DNA of 64,000 nucleotides from Clostridia bacterium (GTDB lineage Bacteria > Bacillota > Clostridia > JAAYHZ01): the NCBI GenBank assembly GCA_050950825.1, contig JBMNIH010000002.1:448001-512000 (forward strand). The letters are read 5' to 3'. A program made the position numbers and the translations under genes. The notes below the pieces were generated by a model, which saw only the letters and a list, made by a program, of their open reading frames with translations, made no database searches and had not been told where the DNA came from. Of the stretch, positions 1-13,278 are shown piece after piece; positions within the stretch are counted from its first letter, which is position 1, and every line of letters begins with the position of its first letter.

Positions 1-275
1 TGATTGTAGGAGCCGTAGGAAGCTTGCAATTCGACGTGTTGGAGTTTCGTCTTCTGAACGAATACGGGGTTCAAATCCTTCGGACGACCCTGCCCTATCG
101 TTATTTGCGCTGGATCAAAAAGCTTCCGGTGGAGTACGATCGCTTGAATTTGCCGGGCAGCGCCATGGTAGCTCGCGATCTTGAAGAGCGTTTGGTGATT
201 CTGTTCGAAAACGAGTGGTCCATCAATTGGGCTTTAGAGAAAAACAAAGGCTTGGAATTGACGGATATGATTTAA
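1..275 (+). CDS. prfC: Peptide chain release factor 3, C-terminal part (begins before window)
   Basis: Frame from position 3 reads IVGAVGSLQFDVLEFRLLNEYGV...LFENEWSINW, the RF3 C-terminal signature. Confidence 0.9.
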   Translation, partial: IVGAVGSLQFDVLEFRLLNEYGVQILRTTLPYRYLRWIKKLPVEYDRLNLPGSAMVARDLEERLVILFENEWSINWALEKNKGLELTDMI

Positions 276-281
276 GAACTT

Positions 282-310
282 AAAAAAGGTCCCGCTGCAG
301 GGACCTTTTT
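282..310. terminator. Bidirectional intrinsic terminator
   Basis: AAAAAAGGTCCC-GCTGCA-GGGACCTTTTT hairpin between convergent genes. Confidence 0.85.
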
Positions 311-321
311 CATTTATCAAT

Positions 322-1926
322 CTATTTCTTTTTCTTTATTTTAACCGTACAATCCTTTTCCCGGGTTATATCGATATTCAAAACCGCCGCCCAGTAGCCT
401 TCCGGACTTCTTCCTTCCTTTTCATAGGGATTGAAGGGTTCTACCGGCCATTGCAAGGAAAAACCGGTATTGGCAAAGGCAATATCGTAGCCTTTAAAGC
501 TTACGGTATATCCTCCGTCTTTGTTTGCTACGGAGAAATCGTTTTCCTTCGGAATGACGGAAAACTTCAAAGGCAGTCCGATTTGGACTTGGTCCGGAGC
601 CCGGTCCGCTTTGTATCCGAAGCTTAAAACGACTTCCTCTTCGGTTATGCTTTTGACCTTCACAAAGCAGCAGACATCCTCGTAAGACATGACAATGCTT
701 TTGTTTTCCGGATCCTTCGATCCTTTATCGGGAACATACAAGACACGGTCCTTCTTTTGAATGAAGAAGGTGCCCCATCGAGGATTGTACTTGTTGTTGC
801 CTCCTCCGATCAGCAAGCCTTTGTCTTGATGCCATACGCTTACAAGAAGCTGGCGATCCATGCCCCAACGGCTATCCGTTATCGGTGCCGTATAGGAGCT
901 TAAATTGACTTGCCATCCGTCTTTTCGGAAAATTTGGACGTTTCCGTGGCTGAGATTCAATTCTTCTTTTATTACGTATTCTTTTTCGCTTAAGCTCGAT
1001 TCCGGCAGCCGTTCCAAATAACGGAGCAAGTTGACACACTGGGTGCTTAAGGATTGGTTTTTTCGAATGACTTGGTCCAGCATAAAGTCGATATAGCTTA
1101 AGCCACCTTCCAATTCCAAGTAACCGATTAAGTCCCCGGTACGAATGTTTCCGTCGTATTTGACGCGTCCGTCCGCCGTTTCCGCCAAAGTACCGTCCGG
1201 ATATACCGATACCTGCTGGAATTTGAAGGATCTTTCCAATGCCTGTGTTACGTCCACCGTTCCGCCGTAGAACTTATATACCCCCAATGCGTAGATATAG
1301 ACGGAGTTATAGGACAAGGTGGGTCCTTGATGCTCCGGCCAAAAACCGTCCGGATGCTGGCATTCGATGGTTTTTTCCATCATTCTGTTGGCTATTTCTT
1401 TGTAGTCTTCTCGGTTAAACAAGCAACCGGCCCGATAGGTAGCGGCGGCATTCCATACAGGAATATTGTGGATGTGCATAGACTGAAGTTCTTTACTAAT
1501 TCCGTCGTATGCCAGCTTTAATCCTTCCTCCCAATTCTTTCGGGTTTCTTGATCCAAGTGATCTTTCATCAAATCATAGGCTTGAAGCCAATGGAACATG
1601 GACCACGGCATGTAAATGTAGCCCCATTCCGAACCGTCGGTTTTTACGAACAATACTTGTCCGTCTTCACGTTGTGCAGCCCTTAAAGCGTTTCCTCCCG
1701 CTTTTATGATTTCGAAAGCCTTCGGGTCGTTATAATACGGATTTCCTTCAAAATCATGAAGATAAAGATAGGAAAGTAGAAAGATGTTGTCTTGATTGGT
1801 TACCGCCCAACCGCCGTTTGATTCCAAAAATTTTCCGGTTTTCGGATCGAACTTGACAATCCACCGGTCGCATCCTTGTACCAACAGCTTTCTGATTTTG
1901 TCAGCAACAACCGTTTTCAAAGCCAT
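322..1926 (-). CDS. Hypothetical protein, probable alpha-toroid plus beta-sandwich (heparinase II/III or polysaccharide-lyase-like)
   Basis: 534 aa ORF with GGAGG RBS; helical N-half with HN, DGFWPE..GP...Y and YPDG motifs; beta-rich C-half; no signal peptide. Confidence 0.4.
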   Translation of the reverse strand: MALKTVVADKIRKLLVQGCDRWIVKFDPKTGKFLESNGGWAVTNQDNIFLLSYLYLHDFEGNPYYNDPKAFEIIKAGGNALRAAQREDGQVLFVKTDGSEWGYIYMPWSMFHWLQAYDLMKDHLDQETRKNWEEGLKLAYDGISKELQSMHIHNIPVWNAAATYRAGCLFNREDYKEIANRMMEKTIECQHPDGFWPEHQGPTLSYNSVYIYALGVYKFYGGTVDVTQALERSFKFQQVSVYPDGTLAETADGRVKYDGNIRTGDLIGYLELEGGLSYIDFMLDQVIRKNQSLSTQCVNLLRYLERLPESSLSEKEYVIKEELNLSHGNVQIFRKDGWQVNLSSYTAPITDSRWGMDRQLLVSVWHQDKGLLIGGGNNKYNPRWGTFFIQKKDRVLYVPDKGSKDPENKSIVMSYEDVCCFVKVKSITEEEVVLSFGYKADRAPDQVQIGLPLKFSVIPKENDFSVANKDGGYTVSFKGYDIAFANTGFSLQWPVEPFNPYEKEGRSPEGYWAAVLNIDITREKDCTVKIKKKK

Positions 1927-1980
1927 GTATAATCCTCCCCAAAATTATATACTCACCGGATTTTTCAACCCGGGAAAAAC

Positions 1981-3417
1981 TTAATCCAAGCGTGCATTGA
2001 TTTCGTTGATGCGAGTGATTATCGATTCTCTTAAAGGACTCTCCGGAAAATGATCTCTTACATAGATAAAGATCTCTTTTGCCTTTTGGTATTCTTCTTG
2101 GAATTGGTATGCACGCCCCGTGTAGTAGTAAGCATAATCGATATATTGGTAATCCGAATATTTTTGGGCGATAACATCGAAAAACGGGATGCAGCTTGCG
2201 TAATCTCCTGTTTCATAAATGCAACGTCCTGCACGGTAGTAAAAATCCGCCGTGTATTCGCATTCATACTCGGTTTCGATACCCCGTTCAAAAAATCCCA
2301 GGGCTTCTTCATAGCGCCCGTTGTTGTAGGAGTTCATCCCTTGTTCATATAAATATGTACAAAGTCCGAAATAGGCTTCATCGTAAAGAGCATCATATAT
2401 GCTTTTATTCTCTTGGTTTAAGGTTCCCGCCGCTATGCCTTTTAATGCATCCGTGGCGGCGGTGTATTCGTTATTATCTATCATGGAACGGATTTGGCTA
2501 AGCTGTCCTTTCATAACATGGTTCTGCCATTCTTCTTCCAAAGTGCGCAGCTTTCCTTCCATTTCCGTCTTTTCTCGATTTAAGTCGGCAATAATCTTTT
2601 CCTTGTCTTCAATGTCTTTTTCCAAACGGTCCTCTTTTTGCTGATATTCTTGGATTTGCCGCTGGTATGAAAGTATGCTTTCTTGCGCTTCTTCCACTTT
2701 TTTATCGCTTTTGCCGCTTCCGACAAGATAACCGATTACGCTTCCGATAGCTAAGAAGATCATCAATAGAAAGGCGATACCGGCCACCCTCGTACCGTTA
2801 CCGGGCTCGGAGGGCGTGATTCTTCTTTCTTCAATTTTTCTTTGAATTCGCTCGGAAATGTCCTTGGTCATGTCATGCTGATTCCTTTTGAAAGCTTCGT
2901 CTTCCTTGCCGACAGCCGCAGGCTTCGATTCTTTTTCGGGCGGACGCTTCGAATTTTTGGAGCTTTGATTCTGTTGAGGTTTCGTTTTCTTTTCCGGTTT
3001 TGCTTTTTGAACGATCTTCTGTTTATCGGTACTGACAACGTGAGGACCTACGACTTTTTGAAGGGAAAGCTTTTTCTTCGTACTTTTCTTGCTTGGATTC
3101 GAAAAAAGCCGGTTCATGTAGTACCTCGCCTGCTCGTTCTTGGGATCGATAGACAAAAGAGCCTTTAACACGCTTTTCGCTTCCGATACTTCCTTGTTCT
3201 TATATAAGCTGAGGGCGAGCAAAAGATAGGCTTGCGGAACAAACTCGTCGGATGCAACGGCCTTTTTTAACAGTATAATCGCCATATCATCGCTGCCTTG
3301 TTTTAGCTTCTCTAACGCTTGGTTATAAAACAAATAAGGAGAATCGTAGGAGCCTCCCCCCGGTACCGTCTCGGGGGAAAATTCTTCAAACAGATCAATA
3401 TCGTTTCTTTTTTCCAT
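1981..3417 (-). CDS. Membrane-anchored TPR/coiled-coil protein (CpoB/YbgF-like C-terminus)
   Basis: N-terminal TPRs, one TM segment (IAFLLMIFLAIGSVIGYLV), coiled coil, C-terminal TPRs ending FPESPL. Confidence 0.7.
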   Translation of the reverse strand: MEKRNDIDLFEEFSPETVPGGGSYDSPYLFYNQALEKLKQGSDDMAIILLKKAVASDEFVPQAYLLLALSLYKNKEVSEAKSVLKALLSIDPKNEQARYYMNRLFSNPSKKSTKKKLSLQKVVGPHVVSTDKQKIVQKAKPEKKTKPQQNQSSKNSKRPPEKESKPAAVGKEDEAFKRNQHDMTKDISERIQRKIEERRITPSEPGNGTRVAGIAFLLMIFLAIGSVIGYLVGSGKSDKKVEEAQESILSYQRQIQEYQQKEDRLEKDIEDKEKIIADLNREKTEMEGKLRTLEEEWQNHVMKGQLSQIRSMIDNNEYTAATDALKGIAAGTLNQENKSIYDALYDEAYFGLCTYLYEQGMNSYNNGRYEEALGFFERGIETEYECEYTADFYYRAGRCIYETGDYASCIPFFDVIAQKYSDYQYIDYAYYYTGRAYQFQEEYQKAKEIFIYVRDHFPESPLRESIITRINEINARLD

Positions 3418-3457
3418 TGCACACCCGGCTTACAAGTCGGTAAACCAAAGCCGGTTT

Positions 3458-4753
3458 TCACCGCCCTTCTTTGTATATATCGATGATTTCCTTTCTCGCC
3501 TCGTCTAAAAAAGTCAAAGACCCGAATACAATTACCAAATCATGATCGGATACATAGTTTTTGCAAAACCTCATCGCATCTTTTATTGTATCATGGGGAA
3601 ATACCTGTTTACAATAATTCTTTACCGTTTCTCCCAAATCTTGTGCCGTTAACCCTCTTTCTCCTTTTGTTGACACGGTAATCACGGCTTTTGCATCGGA
3701 AAACAAAATCTCGGATACGGCTTGGTAATCCTTGTCAATTAAAGAACCGTAAATATAGACGGGACGGATGCCGGGAAAGTGCTTGTCGACCATATCCTTC
3801 AAGGCTTGAGCGCACTGGGGATTATGACCTGCATCCACCATATACATGGGCTTTTCCCGTACAATTTCGGCTCGAGCTTGCCATTTGGCATTCATAAAGC
3901 CCTTTCGTATGCTATCCTCCGAGATGACAACCCCTTGCCGGATCAAGCACCGACACGCCGTCAAAGCTACGGAAGCGTTTTTCAGCTGATGCTCCCCTAA
4001 CAAAGAAATGCGAAGTCCTTTAAAAGATCCCTTGTTAAAGGTGTATCCCGAAAGAGAGGATTCGGTAACTTCAATGTCGTCAAAATCGGCGATGTATAAA
4101 TTCGCTTGCCGCTCCCGACATACCTTCCGAATAACCTCCTCCACTTCGTCCGTTTGCCGATACAGCACCACATCGATGCCGTTTTTGATGATCCCGGCTT
4201 TTTCAAAAGCGATTTGCGAAAGGGTATTTCCCAATATGGCGGTATGGTCGTATCCGATGTTGGTTATGACGGCACAAAGAGTCGTTTTTACGATATTGGT
4301 AGCGTCCAGTCTTCCTCCTAAACCGGTTTCCCATACCACGTAATCGCATTTTTCTTTTTGAAAATACAAAAGGGCAACGGCGGTTACCAGTTCAAATATC
4401 GTAGGAGAACGCTTCCCTTCCGCAATAATCTCGTCCGCCTTCTCCTTTACCTTTTCCGTCGCTTTTGCAAGCTCCTCATCCGGAATGTATTGTCGATTAA
4501 TCTGTATTCTTTCGTTAAAAACATCCACATAAGGAGATATATACAACCCCGTCTTATACCCTTGGGCTTGCAAAATGGAAGCGATAAATGCACAGGTGGA
4601 CCCTTTGCCGTTGGTTCCGGCTACATGGATGAATTTTAAATCGTCCTGAGGGTTTCCCAGCTTTTCCATTAAAAGCCCGATGATTTCAAGTCCGGGCTTG
4701 CTTCCGAATCGCGAAGTACCGTTAATATATTCCAATGCCTGTTGTACGTTCAT
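3458..4753 (-). CDS. folC: Bifunctional folylpolyglutamate synthase/dihydrofolate synthase
   Basis: HVAGTNGKGS, ETGLGGRLDATN, DAGHNP motifs. Confidence 0.95.
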   Translation of the reverse strand: MNVQQALEYINGTSRFGSKPGLEIIGLLMEKLGNPQDDLKFIHVAGTNGKGSTCAFIASILQAQGYKTGLYISPYVDVFNERIQINRQYIPDEELAKATEKVKEKADEIIAEGKRSPTIFELVTAVALLYFQKEKCDYVVWETGLGGRLDATNIVKTTLCAVITNIGYDHTAILGNTLSQIAFEKAGIIKNGIDVVLYRQTDEVEEVIRKVCRERQANLYIADFDDIEVTESSLSGYTFNKGSFKGLRISLLGEHQLKNASVALTACRCLIRQGVVISEDSIRKGFMNAKWQARAEIVREKPMYMVDAGHNPQCAQALKDMVDKHFPGIRPVYIYGSLIDKDYQAVSEILFSDAKAVITVSTKGERGLTAQDLGETVKNYCKQVFPHDTIKDAMRFCKNYVSDHDLVIVFGSLTFLDEARKEIIDIYKEGR

Positions 4754-4756
4754 AAA

Positions 4757-7489
<2,733 letters not shown>

Positions 7490-7506
7490 TTCTCACTCCT
7501 TGTTTG

Positions 7507-7800
7507 TCATTCGAGATTCGATAATCTTTGTAAAACGATCATGTAGCCGTCGGCGCCGTAGTTAAGGCTGCGGCTCACCCGGCTGATGGTGGCCGGGGAT
7601 GCTCCCGTTTTTTCCGTTATCTCGGAATATTTATAATTTTTATACAGCATAATGGCAACCTGCAATCTTTGCGCCATGGCCTTAATTTCGGATACGGTGC
7701 AGATATCTTGGAAAAAAGCATAGCACTCGTCGACGGTTTTCAATTGCAAAATTCCTTCAAACAACTTGTCGGTCTCACGATCTCTGATTTTTGAATTCAT
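7507..7800 (-). CDS. YerC/YecD family TrpR-related protein
   Basis: FFQDICTVSEIKAMAQRL...TGASPATISRVSRSLNYG; start placed at MNSKIRD. Confidence 0.9.
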   Translation of the reverse strand: MNSKIRDRETDKLFEGILQLKTVDECYAFFQDICTVSEIKAMAQRLQVAIMLYKNYKYSEITEKTGASPATISRVSRSLNYGADGYMIVLQRLSNLE

Positions 7801-8506
7801 AAGCCACGCCCCACATATTTCCAATGTATTTTTTCAAAGGAAGGATTTTGTCCTTCATTTCTTCCAAAAACTTTCGGACCATAGGATCATCTTCTTTCTC
7901 TGCCGCGGACAATAGATCTTCCGCAATGCAATGAAAGGAAACGGGAATGCCTAATTCAATTGCTGCTTTTTGGATGATTCCGTTGCCTTCCATTATATCA
8001 TCAAATGCCGTATAATGCATTAAATTCGTATTATTTACAAGACCGGTTACTTTCACTCCGGAAACCGATTGAATCTCGTTCACGTAGCGGATGATACCTT
8101 CCGGGTCCGATGTCATGGGACGCTTTACGTTGACGACAAAGTAATGCCTGAAATCCTCCCGAAGGATCTTCTTTTTGTATGTGGCTACCGCCCTTGCGCC
8201 TAAATCGTCACCTCCGATATCGAGAACGGCAACGCTGTCTTTGTCTTCGAAGACTTTGTTGATCTCTGCCGGAAGAGCCGGCACATCGGTATTGGTGTTG
8301 GCGTAAACGGGCGCAATCACGGTGATGCCAAGCTCCTCCAGATACGTTTTGGCATCCGCCGAACGAAAATAGGGATTCACAATATCCATATCCGCCAAAT
8401 AGGTCTTGTATCCTTTGTTGAACAGAGCAACGGCCGTATTTAAAGCCGTTTCGGTTTTTCCGGAACCGAAGTGTCCCGTAAATATGTTAATTCTTCCGAA
8501 ATTCAT
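7775..8506 (-). CDS. P-loop NTPase (CobQ/MinD/ParA-like nucleotide-binding protein)
   Basis: TGHFGSGKTE Walker A, DMDIVNPYFRS, LDIGGD. Confidence 0.75.
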   Translation of the reverse strand: MNFGRINIFTGHFGSGKTETALNTAVALFNKGYKTYLADMDIVNPYFRSADAKTYLEELGITVIAPVYANTNTDVPALPAEINKVFEDKDSVAVLDIGGDDLGARAVATYKKKILREDFRHYFVVNVKRPMTSDPEGIIRYVNEIQSVSGVKVTGLVNNTNLMHYTAFDDIMEGNGIIQKAAIELGIPVSFHCIAEDLLSAAEKEDDPMVRKFLEEMKDKILPLKKYIGNMWGVAYEFKNQRS

Positions 8507-8528
8507 ATCTTCCCTCTTGCAAATTTTC

Positions 8529-9227
8529 TCATTGGATTCCGCACAAGTCCCGAATCACTTCTCCGGCTAACATGTATCCCGCAACAGGAGGTACGAAGGA
8601 GATGCTTGCCGGAGGCCTTTTCCCGGGGCTTGGATTGGGATCGGTTTTCGGCTCTTCTTTCGAATAGAGGACCTTCACTTTTTGAATGTTTCTGCTTCTC
8701 AGCTCTTTTCGAACCGTCTTCGCCAAAGGGCATACGCCGGTTTTCTCGATAAAGTCAATAAACAAGGCGTCCGTTCTTATCTTGTTTCCCATTCCCATGC
8801 AGCTGATGATTCGAATATCGTTCTTTTTGCAGGTTTCGATGATATGCAGCTTTGCCGTCACGTTGTCGATGGCATCCACCACGTAATCGCAGTCCATGAT
8901 GTAATCCAAAGAATCCTCTTTCGTAACGAAAACCGCTAAGGCTTCCACTGTCGCGTCCGGATTGATGTCTAAAATCCGCTCCTTCATTACCTCCACTTTC
9001 TTTTTTCCTAAAGTGGAATGAAGAGCCACAAGCTGCCTGTTGATATTGGATTTCACCACCGAATCGGAGTCGACAATTACCAATTTCCCGATTCCGCCTC
9101 TTGCCAAGGCTTCGATGCAGTGGGATCCGACGCCTCCGACGCCGAACACACAAACCTTGCTGTTTTTCAATTTATTTAAAGCTTCGGTTCCGATGAGTCT
9201 TTCGGTTCTTTCGAAAATATGTTCCAT
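8529..9227 (-). CDS. tcdA: tRNA threonylcarbamoyladenosine dehydratase (ThiF family)
   Basis: GVGGVGS, SNINRQ, DAID, CPLAK, SISFVP motifs. Confidence 0.85.
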   Translation of the reverse strand: MEHIFERTERLIGTEALNKLKNSKVCVFGVGGVGSHCIEALARGGIGKLVIVDSDSVVKSNINRQLVALHSTLGKKKVEVMKERILDINPDATVEALAVFVTKEDSLDYIMDCDYVVDAIDNVTAKLHIIETCKKNDIRIISCMGMGNKIRTDALFIDFIEKTGVCPLAKTVRKELRSRNIQKVKVLYSKEEPKTDPNPSPGKRPPASISFVPPVAGYMLAGEVIRDLCGIQ

Positions 9228-9233
9228 ACCCCT

Positions 9234-10247
9234 CTACCCCTTTTGCCTTTCCTTAATGGTTTCCAACGCGATTTTAAAATATTCCGGCATATCCGTATGA
9301 AACTCCATGTACTTTCCTGTTCTCGGGTGAGCAAAGCCCAACGTTTTTGCATGAAGGATTTGCCCCGGGCCTATATTCAGATTGTCCTTCCCTCCGCCGT
9401 ATACCGGATCTCCCGCTATGGGATGACCGATATAGGCCATGTGGACGCGGATTTGGTGGGTTCGTCCGGTTTCCAGCTCCGCTTCGAAAACCGTAAAGGA
9501 ATCAAAACGTTCAACGGCCCGAAAACGCGTTACGGCTTCCTTGCCCCCGCTTGCCAAAACCGCCATTTTTTTGCGATCCGTAGGATGTCTTCCGATGTTG
9601 GTTTTGATGACGCCCTTGTCCGCAGGCAAAACGCCTTTGCATATACCGATGTATTCTCTTTTTATATCATGAACTTTAAAAAGCTTCGCCAAATTTTGAT
9701 GAGCGGCATTGTTTCTTGCCACTACCAACAGTCCGGAGGTGTCCTTGTCGATTCGGTGGACGATTCCGGGTCTTAAAACACCGTTGATGTCCGACAGCTT
9801 GTCTTTGTATTTAAACATCAACGCATTGACCAACGTTCGGTCTCGGTTGCCGGGTGCAGGATGAACCGTCATTCCGCGCGGCTTGTCCACGATGATAATG
9901 TCCTCGTCCTCGTAAACCACATTCACGGGAATGTCTTGGGGTTCTACGGTAAGAAGCTCCGGTTCTTCCATTAAAACCGTTACGATTCGGCCTTTTTTTA
10001 GGGATAAGCCGGCCTTTTTGGCAACCTCCCCGTCGACCCGAACCTTTCCCTCCGTTATCAATTTTTTGATATAGGAGCGGGAGTATTCGGTTATGCAAGA
10101 CGCTAAAAATACATCCAAGCGAACGGAATCCTCCGTACACTCGATATCAAGTATTTCCGCCTGCTCCGGGTCCCGCCCGGTTTCGTCGATATCCGGATCT
10201 TCTATATTTTTATCGAAAAAATCGTCTTTTTCCGAATAGATTTTCAT
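9234..10247 (-). CDS. RluA/RluD family pseudouridine synthase with S4 domain
   Basis: RLD..L S4 domain, HRIDKDTSG catalytic motif, TGRTHQIRVH. Confidence 0.92.
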   Translation of the reverse strand: MKIYSEKDDFFDKNIEDPDIDETGRDPEQAEILDIECTEDSVRLDVFLASCITEYSRSYIKKLITEGKVRVDGEVAKKAGLSLKKGRIVTVLMEEPELLTVEPQDIPVNVVYEDEDIIIVDKPRGMTVHPAPGNRDRTLVNALMFKYKDKLSDINGVLRPGIVHRIDKDTSGLLVVARNNAAHQNLAKLFKVHDIKREYIGICKGVLPADKGVIKTNIGRHPTDRKKMAVLASGGKEAVTRFRAVERFDSFTVFEAELETGRTHQIRVHMAYIGHPIAGDPVYGGGKDNLNIGPGQILHAKTLGFAHPRTGKYMEFHTDMPEYFKIALETIKERQKG

Positions 10248-10762
10248 AATCCTTCCTTTCCTTTTTTACCCTTACCCGTATTCATGAACGCAAAATCTTC
10301 GTCGTTATAAAAAAAGAACATATAAACCAAAAGAAGAACGCTTCCGATTACGATGGCGCTATCCGCTATGTTAAACACCGGAAAACCGTATCCCCAGTAA
10401 AAGGTAGCGATAAAATCCGTGACCTTCCCCTGTACCAAACGATCGATCTGGTTTCCTACGGCGCCGCCTAAAATCAAGCAAGTAGCCCATTTTAAACATT
10501 TGTTATGAAACCTGGGGATGATAAAAACCAAAGCCAGAGCCATCAAACCGGAAAACACGGTCAAAAAGACGGTAGCGTTGGACAGCATCCCCCAAGCCGC
10601 ACCGGTATTGGTGTGGTAGGTGATGTACAAAAAGTTTCGGATGACGGGGATTTTCTCTCCGTATTCCAAATTGCTTTTGATCACCAGCTTTGTGATTTGA
10701 TCCAAGGCAATCACAATAACCGAAATCATGTACCAAATCATGTTTTTCTCCTTATTCTTCAT
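10244..10762 (-). CDS. lspA: Lipoprotein signal peptidase II
   Basis: DQITK, NTGAAWG, GN.IDR, VTDF, FNIADSAI; start uncertain; usual lspA-rluD order. Confidence 0.95.
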   Translation of the reverse strand: MKNKEKNMIWYMISVIVIALDQITKLVIKSNLEYGEKIPVIRNFLYITYHTNTGAAWGMLSNATVFLTVFSGLMALALVFIIPRFHNKCLKWATCLILGGAVGNQIDRLVQGKVTDFIATFYWGYGFPVFNIADSAIVIGSVLLLVYMFFFYNDEDFAFMNTGKGKKGKEGL

Positions 10763-10815
10763 TATGTCTACCCGTAATCCTCCGTATACATTATATACCA
10801 TCTTTAATCGACAAA

Positions 10816-12462
10816 TCACTTGCAGTCCAAGCCTTCAACATCTCTGAAAAATACGAAAACATCCTTTCCGAAATTTCCGTTAATGGTGCGGGAATATACG
10901 CAGGAAACCTTTTTAAAGCCCAGACCGATATAGGGTACTTCGTTTAGTACAAAGTTCTTCACTTCTTTTAATCCTTCCACGGTTTCGGATAAATTCGATG
11001 CCTTATAGGTCTTCTCGCATATAGCCTTAAGAGGGCTGCCGGAAGGCAAGCTGCATACGTTGGACAATCGGTTCTCCTCTCCTTCCTTGTAAAGCATCCC
11101 GATGATTTCGGGATCCGGAACATAGCTTAAGTCTATGGAAGATACCAAAATGTCGTATTCTCTTCGCTTAATCAGATCTTTTACACGATCCGCCGACGGA
11201 GAATTGATCGCGGTTTGTATACCGCAAGCTTCCAACTGCTTTTTGATCTCCTCGGCCACCGCCAGCTTTTGCCTATCGTAGCCGTTAACCAATATACGTA
11301 AACGTAGCGGCGTGTAGCGATACGTGACAATGGTGTTGCCCTCCGCATCCACGGTGGTGATTTGCTGCACCCTTTGGTAGATGCCTCCGTAAAGAGGAAT
11401 ATTCTCCTGTTTCAAAAGCTCTCTTCCCGCCTCGATATCGAATTCCGTACCGTTTTTTCTCGAATCTCCGAGAAGAAAACTGTCCGGATGAATCGCATAG
11501 AAAGCTCGTACCACGTTATCTCCGTATACGCTTTCAACGATTCCGGCCGTATCCAAAAAGCAAGAAAGAGCTTTTCGGAAGTTCGTCCGATTCATATATT
11601 GGGCGCTGCAATTGAAGGATATAAAGATAAACTCGCTGCCCGTATAGGTATTGGAGAATAAATCCACTCTTTTTTCGTACAACGCTCCTTCGTCCGCCGG
11701 TACCGTGGAAATGCTGTTGTTTCCGGGCTTCAATATATTTCTTAAGTCTTTTTCCGACGTCACAAATTCCAGCTTAAAAAACAGTTTTTCTTTATCCTTC
11801 TTTTTTAACGTGATTCCGGTCTCATCCTCCGAAACAAACTCGAAGGGACCGGTACCGATCCATTTATATTTATCGTCTTCATTAGCCTTATGCGAAATCA
11901 CGGGCAGATTCATTCTCCAAGGCAAAAGGGAATCTTCCGTGTTCAATCTTATCACAAGGGTATTCCCCTCGATTTCCATGCTCTTTATGTTTCGAACGGC
12001 ACCGTAGTACGGAGAATCGGGACCGAGGCTTTTTACGGTCTCCAACGTAAAGAGGACATCGGAAGGCGTCAGCAAGGTTCCGTCATGAAAATAGATGTCT
12101 TGTGCAATGACGAATCGCCATGTCATCAAGTCTTCATCAAGATTCCATTTTAAGGCGACGGAGGGATTTACGTTTTGATTCTTGTCCGGCTCCGTAATAT
12201 TTAAAAACAACAATCGATAAAAAGCTTTTTCCGACTCCCCGGAAGGATTTAAAGGCCCGGAAGCGTCTTTTTTAAGAGCAGTCATCAAAATGACCGCCTC
12301 CTTTTCTTCCGAGGGAATTTCAACCTGCCCCGTGTAATCGGAAGTGTCCATATTATTCGTATACTCCTCGTCCGGGGGCAAGCAGCCGCTTGCCATTGCA
12401 AGCCACAAAGCAATCCCTATGCATAACAGCTTGTGTTTTAACGTCCTTCTTTTTTCTCTCAT
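10816..12462 (-). CDS. ABC transporter substrate-binding lipoprotein (family 5, peptide/nickel type)
   Basis: Lipobox ASGC, FHDGT.LT..DV.FT and IGTGPF motifs; start overlaps pgeF stop. Confidence 0.8.
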   Translation of the reverse strand: MREKRRTLKHKLLCIGIALWLAMASGCLPPDEEYTNNMDTSDYTGQVEIPSEEKEAVILMTALKKDASGPLNPSGESEKAFYRLLFLNITEPDKNQNVNPSVALKWNLDEDLMTWRFVIAQDIYFHDGTLLTPSDVLFTLETVKSLGPDSPYYGAVRNIKSMEIEGNTLVIRLNTEDSLLPWRMNLPVISHKANEDDKYKWIGTGPFEFVSEDETGITLKKKDKEKLFFKLEFVTSEKDLRNILKPGNNSISTVPADEGALYEKRVDLFSNTYTGSEFIFISFNCSAQYMNRTNFRKALSCFLDTAGIVESVYGDNVVRAFYAIHPDSFLLGDSRKNGTEFDIEAGRELLKQENIPLYGGIYQRVQQITTVDAEGNTIVTYRYTPLRLRILVNGYDRQKLAVAEEIKKQLEACGIQTAINSPSADRVKDLIKRREYDILVSSIDLSYVPDPEIIGMLYKEGEENRLSNVCSLPSGSPLKAICEKTYKASNLSETVEGLKEVKNFVLNEVPYIGLGFKKVSCVYSRTINGNFGKDVFVFFRDVEGLDCK

Positions 12463-13247
12463 GCGCGTATCCCCAATACGGCCAAGGATCGTCCGCAATT
12501 TCCGCCGCTTTTTCTGTAAGAATACATCATGGAGGAGTTGCATGCGGTACACAGATCGCAAACATCCGTATTCTTTTCCGACAACCCTTCTCGGATCAAG
12601 GTTTCCTTGATCAGGCCTTTTAAATCCAATCGGTAAGAATCCTTTTTCGGGACGATATATTTTTCGGCAAAAGAATGCTTTTCCGTAAATAAATCGTATA
12701 CATCCTTTCGGATTTCATAACAGCCGGCGCATATGGAGGGTCCGATCACGCAAGAAAGCTTCGATAAATCGGTACCGTAAGCCTCCTTCATAGCCCGGGC
12801 CGTTTTCGGCGCAATGAGGTTCAATGTGCCTTTCCATCCGGAATGAGCCAACCCGACCGCCTTATTTTCGGAATCGATAAAATACACCGGTACGCAATCG
12901 GCATGCTTTGTCGCCAAAACGATTCCTTTGCAGTCGGAGATCATGGCATCGTATACGGGTAATCGATCGTAAGGGATGTTCTGAAGAGAATCCTTGAATG
13001 TCACTTTCTTGATTTTGTCGGTATGCATTTGCATTACCATGGTCATACCCGAAGGATTAAAACCTAATTGCTCCCCCAGTATCTTTATATTCTCAAAAAG
13101 ACGAGGATCGTCTTTTTCGGTTCTTCTTGTAAAATCAAATTCCCTTCCCAAATCGTCGTATCCTCTTGTGTAACAGTGGATGAACTCATCGGAAAATTTT
13201 TCGAATGTATTAAAGAGGATATATCGATTCTTTATTACATAATTCAT
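12459..13247 (-). CDS. pgeF: Peptidoglycan editing factor PgeF / YfiH family
   Basis: Q.H, HADCVPV, AHSGWKG, IGPSIC..CYE, CTAC...YSYR motifs; start uncertain (13247 or 13286). Confidence 0.88.
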   Translation of the reverse strand: MNYVIKNRYILFNTFEKFSDEFIHCYTRGYDDLGREFDFTRRTEKDDPRLFENIKILGEQLGFNPSGMTMVMQMHTDKIKKVTFKDSLQNIPYDRLPVYDAMISDCKGIVLATKHADCVPVYFIDSENKAVGLAHSGWKGTLNLIAPKTARAMKEAYGTDLSKLSCVIGPSICAGCYEIRKDVYDLFTEKHSFAEKYIVPKKDSYRLDLKGLIKETLIREGLSEKNTDVCDLCTACNSSMMYSYRKSGGNCGRSLAVLGIRA

Positions 13248-13278
13248 GAGAAACCTCTTTTCCATATTACAAAAAGAT

